Virus record (IMG/VR): IMGVR_UViG_3300029286_001003
Direction: 5' to 3' (one strand)
From: an uncultured virus (IMG/VR IMGVR_UViG_3300029286_001003)
Lineage: Duplodnaviria; Heunggongvirae; Uroviricota; Caudoviricetes
DNA: 20,000 bases
In this document: piece after piece, positions 9,601 to 16,701 of the stretch
Layout: each line of letters opens with the position of its first letter
Position numbering within the stretch: position 1 is the stretch's first letter
Translations under genes and position numbers: made by a program
The notes under the pieces: model-generated
Told to the model about the DNA's origin: nothing
What the model saw: the letters and a program-made list of their open reading frames with translations, nothing else
The model's database searches: none

Positions 9601-10330
9601 AAATAATGATTTGGAAAAAGTAATTCAAAAAAATGAAGGTTTAATAAAAGAATATAATAAAAATCTAAAAAGGATTGAAGAAAATAAAGATACTAATAAT
9701 AAAATTGAACAATCAAAAGTTATTATAAAACAATTGAACGATAACAAAAACGAATTTATAAACCAAAAAATTGTTATAAATAATTCAATAACATTATATA
9801 AGAAAACTATTGGTGATTTAAAAGAAAGAATTAAAAAATATGAAGAACAACTTCGTAGAGAAGAAATATGGAACACTTATATTTCTATTATGAGTAGAAC
9901 GGGGATTCCGACATTTCTTTTAAGAAAAAATACTGATTTTTTAAATGGTGAACTTTCAACTTTATTATCAAATACAAATTTCAATATGTTCTTTGATGAT
10001 GATTTAAATTATAAATTGGAACATAATGGATTACCTGGGATACAGAATGCAATCGAATCATCTGGTATGGAAAGAACATTTGCCGCCATCGTTTTGAAAA
10101 CAGTTTTAAGAACAATTAATTTTAAATCAAAACCAAATTTCATATTTTTGGATGAAGTTATCAATCGTTTGATTGGTGATAGTGTTGATAAATTCATAGA
10201 ATTGTTGAATAGTATTAAAGAAAAAATAAACAAAATAGTTATTATTGAACATAATAATGAAATAATGGCTGATATGATAATTGATGTCAAAAAAGATGTT
10301 ACTGGTGTATCATCATTTGAAATAATTTAG
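6683..10330 (+). CDS. Fused Mre11/SbcD nuclease - Rad50/SbcC ATPase (T4 gp47-gp46-like)
   Basis: Phosphoesterase motifs GDIH, TGDIY, GNHD, YH and DIH. These are followed by NFKSY, Walker A GINQYGKTT, a long coiled coil with CPTCG zinc hook, signature SGME, Walker B FIFLDE and H-loop IIEH. Confidence 0.95.
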   Translation: MIKTVVNAGDIHIPKKLERHSEYRQVFENFYKKSKEQKPDRIVLTGDIYNDFIDLENESLILVGEFLTTLSTISKVIIIKGNHDVRKKNKNRIDTIETAVTLLNNQNITYYKQSGFYPDENVVWVVWDYLDKINPWKNYPTKKDPNLTYIDLYHNPVLDVKLCNGYNYQKKNVPDIKDLKGDISMLSDIHLHQSFVKGTKAYTSSMIQQNFGESPSSKEHGYLLWDIPNKSFEFIHLSNDFALVNFELSSPSDYDTLNLSSPYVVNKNKFRVIWTDFASNINRENELKVKRYLKDKYGVDDIRFQKYPYHTKIEDSKLISEVININDKQVQQDVIREYLTINQYDDEFIEQIIKIDDIIDGRLEISEVTNTVWDIDKIWFNNFKSYGDDNVLDLKMDGIIQINGINQYGKTTILDAICYILYGKTIATKGKPPKFGDSRYINNKRDLNFCDGGVILDINGEKYLVYRRTDRKLNANGEITSCPTIVDYYTGEEMVEENKLTGETGRKTTKMISDVLGDFDDFIRLALTNGDNLNQLLSMIRSEFIDSVVKDAGYEIFDKKLEEFKVYKKEQNFEKIVLNPLSVEESIKENENKVDELIDQESNINDSITGIDDKITKGLSIQEKLTLKIHKIDDDIINLNVDRVNYDIETDKKKLSENGEIINEYKTIIDNLPNEFDYRRFNEEMDNKSKFEKDSYKKEIEIVEWERKMDENNFKIDNVDIEIDMVKKKAINDKKNQIDELTNFINNDENKISRITNEKERDIDKTITKLYNEIGKLDNELNQLKQNGIKFTTELKSYQSVNDGEKSNCPTCGQSLSNCDEDHLGKLILEKQQELKTVTDEAKPRLTRKKEIQSEIESLDESKKFINESIEVKLILENIKNVNEQIKKIEVEISNFDLSEIKDDVDIITKNKNKAESENKELQNKIENNTILVKKLKSDIDKLEKTITEKNIIKKGLEKRKDYIIKMNNLSSTNNDLEKVIQKNEGLIKEYNKNLKRIEENKDTNNKIEQSKVIIKQLNDNKNEFINQKIVINNSITLYKKTIGDLKERIKKYEEQLRREEIWNTYISIMSRTGIPTFLLRKNTDFLNGELSTLLSNTNFNMFFDDDLNYKLEHNGLPGIQNAIESSGMERTFAAIVLKTVLRTINFKSKPNFIFLDEVINRLIGDSVDKFIELLNSIKEKINKIVIIEHNNEIMADMIIDVKKDVTGVSSFEII

Positions 10331-10341
10331 TAATGATATTT

Positions 10342-10350
10342 TAATATATA
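10342..10350 (+). promoter_or_regulatory. Putative phage promoter TAATATATA
   Basis: Intergenic, upstream of the PAS gene; same motif precedes several other genes. Confidence 0.5.
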
Positions 10351-10378
10351 GTAGTGCTGAAAATTATAGAAATGGATA

Positions 10379-10855
10379 ATGAAATTAACAAATAAAGAAG
10401 ATATTGAAAATACTATTTATTCAACAATTAAAATAGATAATGATTTTTTATCAATGTCAGATGAATTGAGAACGATAGAAGAATTGTTTTATAAAGTATT
10501 TGAATTAAATCCATGCCCAATGTCAATAAATTCTTTAAATGATGGTTATATTATTGATGTTAATCAATCATTTTTAGATATAATCGATGTTAAAAATAAA
10601 AAGGATATTTTAGGTAAAATAACAACAGAAGAAGGTTTAAATATTATTAAACATAAAGATAAAAAATATGTTATTGATTACATCAAAAAAAATGGTTTAA
10701 TTAAAAATTATTTAACAACTTTTAAAACTTTAAAAGGTAAAAAAATTAAGGGTTTATTTTCAGCTTCTATTATAACCTTAAATAAAAAAGAATGTTTATT
10801 AACAATTTGTCAAATAGTTAATAGGATATGTTTAACTGATATATTGTTTAGATAA
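10379..10855 (+). CDS. Stand-alone PAS domain protein
   Basis: LRTIEELFYKVFELNPCPMSI...DGYIIDVNQSFLDI...DILGK...FKTLKGK matches the PAS S-box pattern of bacterial sensor kinases; no output domain. Confidence 0.8.
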   Translation: MKLTNKEDIENTIYSTIKIDNDFLSMSDELRTIEELFYKVFELNPCPMSINSLNDGYIIDVNQSFLDIIDVKNKKDILGKITTEEGLNIIKHKDKKYVIDYIKKNGLIKNYLTTFKTLKGKKIKGLFSASIITLNKKECLLTICQIVNRICLTDILFR

Positions 10856-10857
10856 TT

Positions 10858-11145
10858 ATGGAAATACATGATTCAAGAAAAGGTGTTAAAATGGAACAAC
10901 CATTAGTTAAAAATGTTGGGTTTAGACAACCACAATTAAAAATACATGACGCTAGAAACAAATTCAATAAACCATCTTTCAAATTTATTTTATTTTATCA
11001 AAATAATAGAAAGAAAATTAAATGGATTATTCTTTTTATTGTTGTAGTGTTTATTATTTTCTTTCCTGTGGTGTCAGGAACGATTATAGGGGATTGGATT
11101 AAGGATTTCTTCGGTACCATTATAAGTATCGTTAAAACGATTTAA
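10858..11145 (+). CDS. Small membrane protein
   Basis: Basic region followed by hydrophobic segment WIILFIVVVFIIFFPVVSGTII and an amphipathic tail. Confidence 0.65.
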   Translation: MEIHDSRKGVKMEQPLVKNVGFRQPQLKIHDARNKFNKPSFKFILFYQNNRKKIKWIILFIVVVFIIFFPVVSGTIIGDWIKDFFGTIISIVKTI

Positions 11146-11146
11146 A

Positions 11147-11359
11147 ATGATTATGCCTAATAAAGGTGAAAGAAATAGATTAACAAAATTAAAATTTAAA
11201 AGAAGATTAAAAAGAATGGGACTTTTGGGTCCGGGTGGTATAATAAATCCAAATTTATATTGTTATAAAAATCAAGGAAAACCATGTAGTTGTATATTTT
11301 GTTCCAAAGGTAAATATAACAGAAAAATAAAACACAAAAAGAAAAATGACACAGAATAA
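11147..11359 (+). CDS. Small very basic protein with CxCxxC motif
   Basis: KPCSCIFC; Lys/Arg-rich; tightly packed between neighbours. Confidence 0.6.
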   Translation: MIMPNKGERNRLTKLKFKRRLKRMGLLGPGGIINPNLYCYKNQGKPCSCIFCSKGKYNRKIKHKKKNDTE

Positions 11360-11645
11360 AATTTTAGATAGGGAACATTATATAGATATTATTGGTGTAA
11401 TGGAATGGTTGTATGATGAAAACAAATATCAAAAAATTCGTTTTGATAGAGATAAATGTTTTAAATATAAATTCAATAATAAATTACATAGGTCTGATGG
11501 ACCAGCTATTGAATATTATAATGGTGGGGGTGAATATTATTTAGATGATGAAAAAGTAACGGAAGAATATCACATTAATAATAAAAGATATGAAACATTG
11601 GATAAAATATTGAATCCTATACCAAAGAATTTGGGTGATCCTTAA
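11346..11645 (+). CDS. Hypothetical protein with LHRxDGPA beta-hairpin repeat unit
   Basis: KLHRSDGPAIEY...EYYL motif common in phage and giant-virus proteins; C-terminal KRYETLDKILN. Confidence 0.7.
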   Translation: MTQNKILDREHYIDIIGVMEWLYDENKYQKIRFDRDKCFKYKFNNKLHRSDGPAIEYYNGGGEYYLDDEKVTEEYHINNKRYETLDKILNPIPKNLGDP

Positions 11646-11729
11646 TCCATTGAAATATATTTATCACACCATTACCACCCTCACACCAATATTTCTTGTG
11701 AATCACTCATTTTATTAATATTTTATTAT

Positions 11730-13058
11730 TTATAATCCACTTAAATCTGCTTTACCATCTTCTTTCTTATGACGACCGTTATTTACCCATTTTTGAATGA
11801 GTGATGCTTTTTCAGAAAATTTCTGAATAACATATTTGTGATACTTTTCATTATCAGGAACCATTTTATCTACCAGAAACAAAATATAACTTGTAACTTC
11901 ATCGTCATTTGAATGAGATTTATCATCAGTTTTATCAACTGGTGATAGTAATCTCAAAAAATCAATGATGTTTGTCATTTGTTCTTTATTTTTTCCCTGT
12001 AATTGGATTGAACGAAGATTTGACATCAATTCCATTGTGCGTGCTCTGTTGAGTTTTGACACTTCACTCTTAATTTCCGGAAATCTATCAATAATATCAT
12101 TAATATTGATTTTACTTGTTTCAGTTAAATATCTAGCGAAACCACCCCAAGAAGCACCAATGAAACCCAAACCAATATATGCCATTTCTTCACTATCTGC
12201 TACCACTTCGTCTATATCTGGTTCATCACCATAAGTAGAAAGAATATAATTTGATAAATTAGTCCAACTTCTTGCGGTTGCGTAACGAATTTCGTTTGCT
12301 GCTGGCGATTTAAAAAATTCACCGGGATTAGCTATCAAATAGTCCACTATCAAACTCCAAACATTTTCAAATGCAAAATTTTCACACCATTCATCAACTG
12401 TTAATTCGTGATCTAAAATATTAATACGATTAGATAAAGCCAAATCCATTTCATCAACTTCAGTTCTATCTGTTTCACCCAAATTACCAGAAGCCATCCA
12501 AAAAACATTATCATTGAATTGGAAATTTCCAATTTGTTTTTCATTCAATAATTGAAGAGCGGCGTTACGAACTTTTTGATCACATCGGTTTAATTCTTCA
12601 ACATGAATAACAGTAGGATAAGTATTAGCTCCCAATGCCCAATCCGGAACCGCGAAAGTTAAACTTGTAATATCATCATTTGAAATAATAACCTTAATAT
12701 ATTTTTCTTTAACAACATTGAAATCATCAATATTTATATAACCCTTATCAAGTAATTCACCGAATTTCAATAACTGATCAACTGGGTTTTTTGTTACTGG
12801 ATAACTACCCAAATCCGTTTCATCCTTATCAGCTAAACGTAAATCGATATAATTCATTCCAACATGGGTTTCTGTTTCACCAACATACCACCATATAACC
12901 TTTTTACATATACTTCTACCAATCGCTGATTTCGCGGAACCTGGAACACCACGAAGATAAGCGGCTGTTCCAGATAACATAATCCTGAAATATCTTTTTT
13001 CAAGTTTTGATAATTTGGATAAATCAAATTGAATGTTACGTTTCCAAGGTTTCGACAT
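11730..13058 (-). CDS. MoxR-like AAA+ ATPase
   Basis: Walker A GVPGSAKS, DLRLA...DL..YP, PDW, Walker B VIHVEELNR, ASGN, ALSNR, TARSW. Confidence 0.9.
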   Translation of the reverse strand: MSKPWKRNIQFDLSKLSKLEKRYFRIMLSGTAAYLRGVPGSAKSAIGRSICKKVIWWYVGETETHVGMNYIDLRLADKDETDLGSYPVTKNPVDQLLKFGELLDKGYINIDDFNVVKEKYIKVIISNDDITSLTFAVPDWALGANTYPTVIHVEELNRCDQKVRNAALQLLNEKQIGNFQFNDNVFWMASGNLGETDRTEVDEMDLALSNRINILDHELTVDEWCENFAFENVWSLIVDYLIANPGEFFKSPAANEIRYATARSWTNLSNYILSTYGDEPDIDEVVADSEEMAYIGLGFIGASWGGFARYLTETSKININDIIDRFPEIKSEVSKLNRARTMELMSNLRSIQLQGKNKEQMTNIIDFLRLLSPVDKTDDKSHSNDDEVTSYILFLVDKMVPDNEKYHKYVIQKFSEKASLIQKWVNNGRHKKEDGKADLSGL

Positions 13059-13078
13059 ATTGTAATTTTTAATTTTTA

Positions 13079-13086
13079 CAAAGGTA
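13079..13086 (-). promoter_or_regulatory. Bacteroidota-type -7 element (TACCTTTG)
   Basis: Perfect TAnnTTTG, intergenic, 20 nt upstream of the ATPase ATG. Confidence 0.6.
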
Positions 13087-13113
13087 AGAAATATCTAAAT
13101 ACTAAAAAAATTA

Positions 13114-13653
13114 TTATTCTTGTTTTATTAAATAATCCAGAAGATTCCACATATTTCTATATTCATCTTTCACATATAACATTTCTTTGAAATGATTGTG
13201 TTCCTTTCTATACATATCTAAAATTGGTTTCTTATTATTTAAACCATGTTGTACATTTGCAATTCTATCACAAAGTTTTACAAAAGTTGCATATTGTGTT
13301 TCCCTTATACCTTTGTAATATTCATCAGTAAATCTTTCTTTACGAGTACCAGTGCCAGTAGTAACTGATTTAACAATATTTGAAACATGTGAACCAAGTA
13401 ATTTTGTAAGATCACTGTAAGAACATAGTAATTGGCAATCTTCCAATGTATCATGTGACCAGATTGCAGCAAATACAATTCCTCTATCTTTTTCCGATAT
13501 ATTATCTTCAAAAAATTTACCTATTTTTATCGCCATAGATAGATGAAATTCATAATCTTTATCACCATCATATTTATGATTCATCATCCGGTGACAAGCA
13601 ATGGCATGTTTTTTTGCTATTTTTTCAATATTATAATTCAATTGTGTCTCCAT
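13114..13653 (-). CDS. HD-domain phosphohydrolase, RelA/SpoT-hydrolase/Mesh1-like
   Basis: A..CH, Y..HL, HDTLED, V..VT and VKLCDRIAN (cf. VKLADRLHN). Confidence 0.85.
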   Translation of the reverse strand: METQLNYNIEKIAKKHAIACHRMMNHKYDGDKDYEFHLSMAIKIGKFFEDNISEKDRGIVFAAIWSHDTLEDCQLLCSYSDLTKLLGSHVSNIVKSVTTGTGTRKERFTDEYYKGIRETQYATFVKLCDRIANVQHGLNNKKPILDMYRKEHNHFKEMLYVKDEYRNMWNLLDYLIKQE

Positions 13654-13704
13654 TATTTATTTCGTTTAAAATTCTTCTTAATTCATTAATGTATTCTTTC
13701 TATC

Positions 13705-14097
13705 CTATAAGGTTTCATTTATTCCGTTCAATATTTTTTCTAATGTATTATATCTTTTCCAGTTGATAACATATTCTTCCCAAGATTTTTCATCCAGATT
13801 TAATATTTCTTTTCCAATCAAATAGTATTTTCGATGAACCGGAACCGAATTTAAAAATGTGTATTCTTCAGCCCAATGAAATTCATTATGAAGTTTACCG
13901 TTTTTAAAATACATCATTTCCGATATAATACTTCTTTTTCTTTTTTCAATAAAAACTTTGGAGTATTCTTTTCCTTTAATAAATTCTTTCCAAGTTCTTT
14001 TAATTTGGGTTTCTGTTAACTTATCAGTTTTATTAAAATCCAAATGTAAATAATGATAATTAATCCCATTTTCCTTTATGATATTTTTACCAATCAT
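13705..14097 (-). CDS. Hypothetical protein (NGKLH hairpin unit; C-terminal KRYNTLEKILN)
   Basis: Start placed at ATG 14097, 4 nt downstream of TATATTTA; distantly similar to 11346-11645. Confidence 0.65.
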   Translation of the reverse strand: MIGKNIIKENGINYHYLHLDFNKTDKLTETQIKRTWKEFIKGKEYSKVFIEKRKRSIISEMMYFKNGKLHNEFHWAEEYTFLNSVPVHRKYYLIGKEILNLDEKSWEEYVINWKRYNTLEKILNGINETL

Positions 14098-14183
14098 ACT
14101 GTAAATATAATTAAAATTTTTGATAAAAAAAATTAATTTCAAGGATTAGGACGTACAAACTTTTATATATAAAAATAAAAAAT

Positions 14184-15068
14184 ATGTTATTAAGTGAAAA
14201 AGTTAAAATTAAAACCGGATCTAAAAATTTCAATTATTTTAAAAATCTTGGATATAAAATTAATAGTTCAAAAGAAATTATAGAAATTGATATAATACAC
14301 TTAACAAATAATAGTCACACAATTGTTGAAGTTGGTTGTGATTATTGTGGAAAGATTTTAAATATTCCATACAAAAGATTTATAAAACACACATCAATTT
14401 GTAATAAATATTCGTGTTCTAGTAAAGAATGTTCAAATAAAAAAATTAAAGATGTTTGTTTAATTAAATATGGTGTTGAAAATCCGTTTCAATCAGAATT
14501 TGTAAAAATTAAAATTAAAAAAACATTTAATGATAAATATGGTGTTGAACATCCAATGAATTTACAACAAACAAAAGATAAAATAAAAACCACCTGTTTA
14601 AAGAAATATGGTGTTGAACATCCAATGAATTTACAACAAACAAAAGATAAAATAAAAACCACCTGTTTAAAGAAATATGGTTTTGAACATGATAATAAAT
14701 CAGAAATTCAAAAGGAAAAAAGAAAAATAACTAGAATAAAAAGGGGACTTCAATTACCAGATGATTTAATAAAACCATATATTTTATATAGAAGAAAAGT
14801 TGATAATGTTTCAGACAAATTGAAAAAAGAATTATTGAAAAATTGGAACGGTTATGATTATTATGATAATGAATATATAAAAGATAATTTCACTTTAAAT
14901 TCAACAGATAAAAATTTTCCAACAATAGATCATAAAATAAGTGTAATTTATGGATTTATAAACAATATACCATTTGAAAATATATCAAATATAAACAATT
15001 TATGTTTTACGAAAAATTTTTTAAATGCAAAAAAAGGTAGTTTGAATGAAATGGACTTTAAAATTTAA
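14184..15068 (+). CDS. Putative free-standing homing endonuclease (Zn-binding N-terminus, KYGVxxP repeats, HNH-like C-terminus)
   Basis: CDYCG...CSSKEC; four KYG(V/F)E repeats; TIDHKIS...NNLCFT...NAKKG. Opposite orientation to its neighbours, with its own TTATATATA motif at 14163-14171. Confidence 0.7.
   Translation: MLLSEKVKIKTGSKNFNYFKNLGYKINSSKEIIEIDIIHLTNNSHTIVEVGCDYCGKILNIPYKRFIKHTSICNKYSCSSKECSNKKIKDVCLIKYGVENPFQSEFVKIKIKKTFNDKYGVEHPMNLQQTKDKIKTTCLKKYGVEHPMNLQQTKDKIKTTCLKKYGFEHDNKSEIQKEKRKITRIKRGLQLPDDLIKPYILYRRKVDNVSDKLKKELLKNWNGYDYYDNEYIKDNFTLNSTDKNFPTIDHKISVIYGFINNIPFENISNINNLCFTKNFLNAKKGSLNEMDFKI
14535..14681 (+). repeat. 69-bp exact tandem duplication (two copies plus partial)
   Basis: Units start at 14535, 14604 and 14673 (partial); each full unit encodes KYGVEHPMNLQQTKDKIKTTCLK. 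Confidence 0.95.
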
Positions 15069-15070
15069 AA

Positions 15071-16624
15071 TTACCAATTTTCTCTTGCAATATCATCATC
15101 AACCACTATCTGTCTTGGATTACCAGCTAAAATTGGACATTTTGTTCCAACACTTAAAATAAGACATTTACGAAGTTTAGATACATCCAAAGCATCGGTA
15201 GCACCATCAGTAAGTATTAAAACATTTAATGGTCTTAATTCCTTAGTATCGTGAATAAGATTAATTGATGGTTGTAATTCGGTTCCACCAAGTCCCTGAA
15301 TTTCAATTCTTTTGAATTCTTTTTTATTTTTTATTGTCACATAAGAACGATTTCCTTGTTTTTGAACTTCATTATCACATTGAATGAGATTTATAGTAAT
15401 ATTACTTTGAAAAATATATGATAATGATTTTTGAAAATAACCATTCATACTTCCAGAAACATCCAAAATAACATTTAATCCAAACCCTTCTTTTCTTTTA
15501 CCTTTAACACCGGGAATATTTCTACGATTTTTCTTCGTTATAGTTTTTACTTTGTTATAACCCTTTATAGAAGAAATATTTGTCTTTATTTCTCTTAAAT
15601 GATCCTTTTTAGATTTTACCAATTTATCTAAAGTTTTCTTAACCTTGCTTTTTTCAAACCCTCTTTGTCTCAAATGTTCTTTAACATCATCAACCATACT
15701 TTTTCTTATTTCATCTGGTACTGTTGAAGGAATGTGACTATCCAACCAATCTTCAACACCATTTTCCATGCCATCAAAAATACCTTTCAGATAATCACTC
15801 ACCGGACAATCTTCATCATCATTATCACCTTTACCACCCCTTTCTTTTGTATTCTTATCTTTTCCATTTTCACCATCATTTTCACCATCATTTTCACCAT
15901 CATTTTCACCATCATTTAACCAACTATCATCCCCATCACTTTCATCACCTTTTTCATTATTTTTATTATCTTTTTCATTTTTCCCTTGTCCTTTTTCATT
16001 TTTCCCTTGTCCTTTTTCATTTTTCCCTTGTCCTTTTTCACTTTCACCATCATTTAACCAACTATCATCACCATCACTTTTCCACTTATCATATTTCTTT
16101 CTTTCGGTTAATAACCAATCATATACATCTTCGTAAATATGATCACCTTTATATTCTGTCGGCATCATTAAAACCCAAATCTTATCTTCTTTTGAAATTT
16201 TACCATTACTATCAAATTTATATTGTTTTTCAGTTGGAATTTCGATAAAATATTTGGTGGGTGAATCAACATCTATGAAATCTGATTTGATTGCAGTATT
16301 GATAATCATATCAGCAGCTACATTAGATAATTTCATATCATAACCACCTTTTCGAATTCTTTTTGGGTGATCTAAAATTAGATGGAAAATTTCATGAACA
16401 ACAATGAAATTAACATGTCTTTGGGGGGTATCATCTAGAAATTTCCTATTCCAATAAAAAATCATACCACCCGGAATAACATTTACTCCACATCTTGAAA
16501 TTTTGTCAGTTTCTTGAAAAACAACAAATTGACAAAATTCACCATAATAATATAACAAGAGTGTCATGTCTGACATCATCTCATCAATACATTTTATTAA
16601 TTTCGGATGTAGTCCTGTTTTCAT
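15071..16624 (-). CDS. Metallopeptidase-vWA protein (DUF2201-like), partner of the MoxR ATPase
   Basis: HEIFH zincin motif, N.AAD..IN, acidic linker, MIDAS DVSGS, GGTEL and LTDG. Confidence 0.9.
   Translation of the reverse strand: MKTGLHPKLIKCIDEMMSDMTLLLYYYGEFCQFVVFQETDKISRCGVNVIPGGMIFYWNRKFLDDTPQRHVNFIVVHEIFHLILDHPKRIRKGGYDMKLSNVAADMIINTAIKSDFIDVDSPTKYFIEIPTEKQYKFDSNGKISKEDKIWVLMMPTEYKGDHIYEDVYDWLLTERKKYDKWKSDGDDSWLNDGESEKGQGKNEKGQGKNEKGQGKNEKDNKNNEKGDESDGDDSWLNDGENDGENDGENDGENGKDKNTKERGGKGDNDDEDCPVSDYLKGIFDGMENGVEDWLDSHIPSTVPDEIRKSMVDDVKEHLRQRGFEKSKVKKTLDKLVKSKKDHLREIKTNISSIKGYNKVKTITKKNRRNIPGVKGKRKEGFGLNVILDVSGSMNGYFQKSLSYIFQSNITINLIQCDNEVQKQGNRSYVTIKNKKEFKRIEIQGLGGTELQPSINLIHDTKELRPLNVLILTDGATDALDVSKLRKCLILSVGTKCPILAGNPRQIVVDDDIARENW
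15865..16080. repeat. Coding tandem repeats in the vWA protein linker
   Basis: Four 12-bp units (NDGE) from 15865, three 21-bp units (KGQGKNE) from 15971, and a duplicated SDGDDSWLNDGE block (~15905-15941 and ~16043-16079). Confidence 0.9.
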
Positions 16625-16628
16625 CCTA

Positions 16629-16636
16629 CAAAGATA
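16629..16636 (-). promoter_or_regulatory. Bacteroidota-type -7 element (TATCTTTG)
   Basis: Perfect TAnnTTTG only 4 nt upstream of the vWA ATG. Confidence 0.6.
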
Positions 16637-16675
16637 GAAAATATTTTCGAAATAAAAAAATACATGATTATTTTT

Positions 16676-16684
16676 TAATATATA
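16676..16684 (+). promoter_or_regulatory. Putative late promoter TAATATATA
   Basis: 17 nt upstream of the tail fibre ATG at 16702. Confidence 0.55.
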
Positions 16685-16701
16685 TTATAAACATTAAAAT
16701 T

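Noticed and set aside
10858..11145. Holin call for the membrane protein
   Set aside because: No adjacent endolysin or spanin; a hydrophobic segment alone is insufficient.
1049..13511. Short ORFs at 1049, 2071, 2586, 3166, 4158, 9238, 9625, 10009, 11965 and 13305 (also 17368 and 19728)
   Set aside because: They overlap longer, motif-bearing genes on the opposite strand or in another frame.
15724..16248. His/Phe-rich plus-strand ORFs (15724-16248, 15734-15919)
   Set aside because: Antisense shadows of the repetitive acidic linker in the vWA gene.
16495..16701. Upstream extension of the tail fibre ORF
   Set aside because: Overlaps the vWA gene start and divergent promoters; ATG 16702 fits better.
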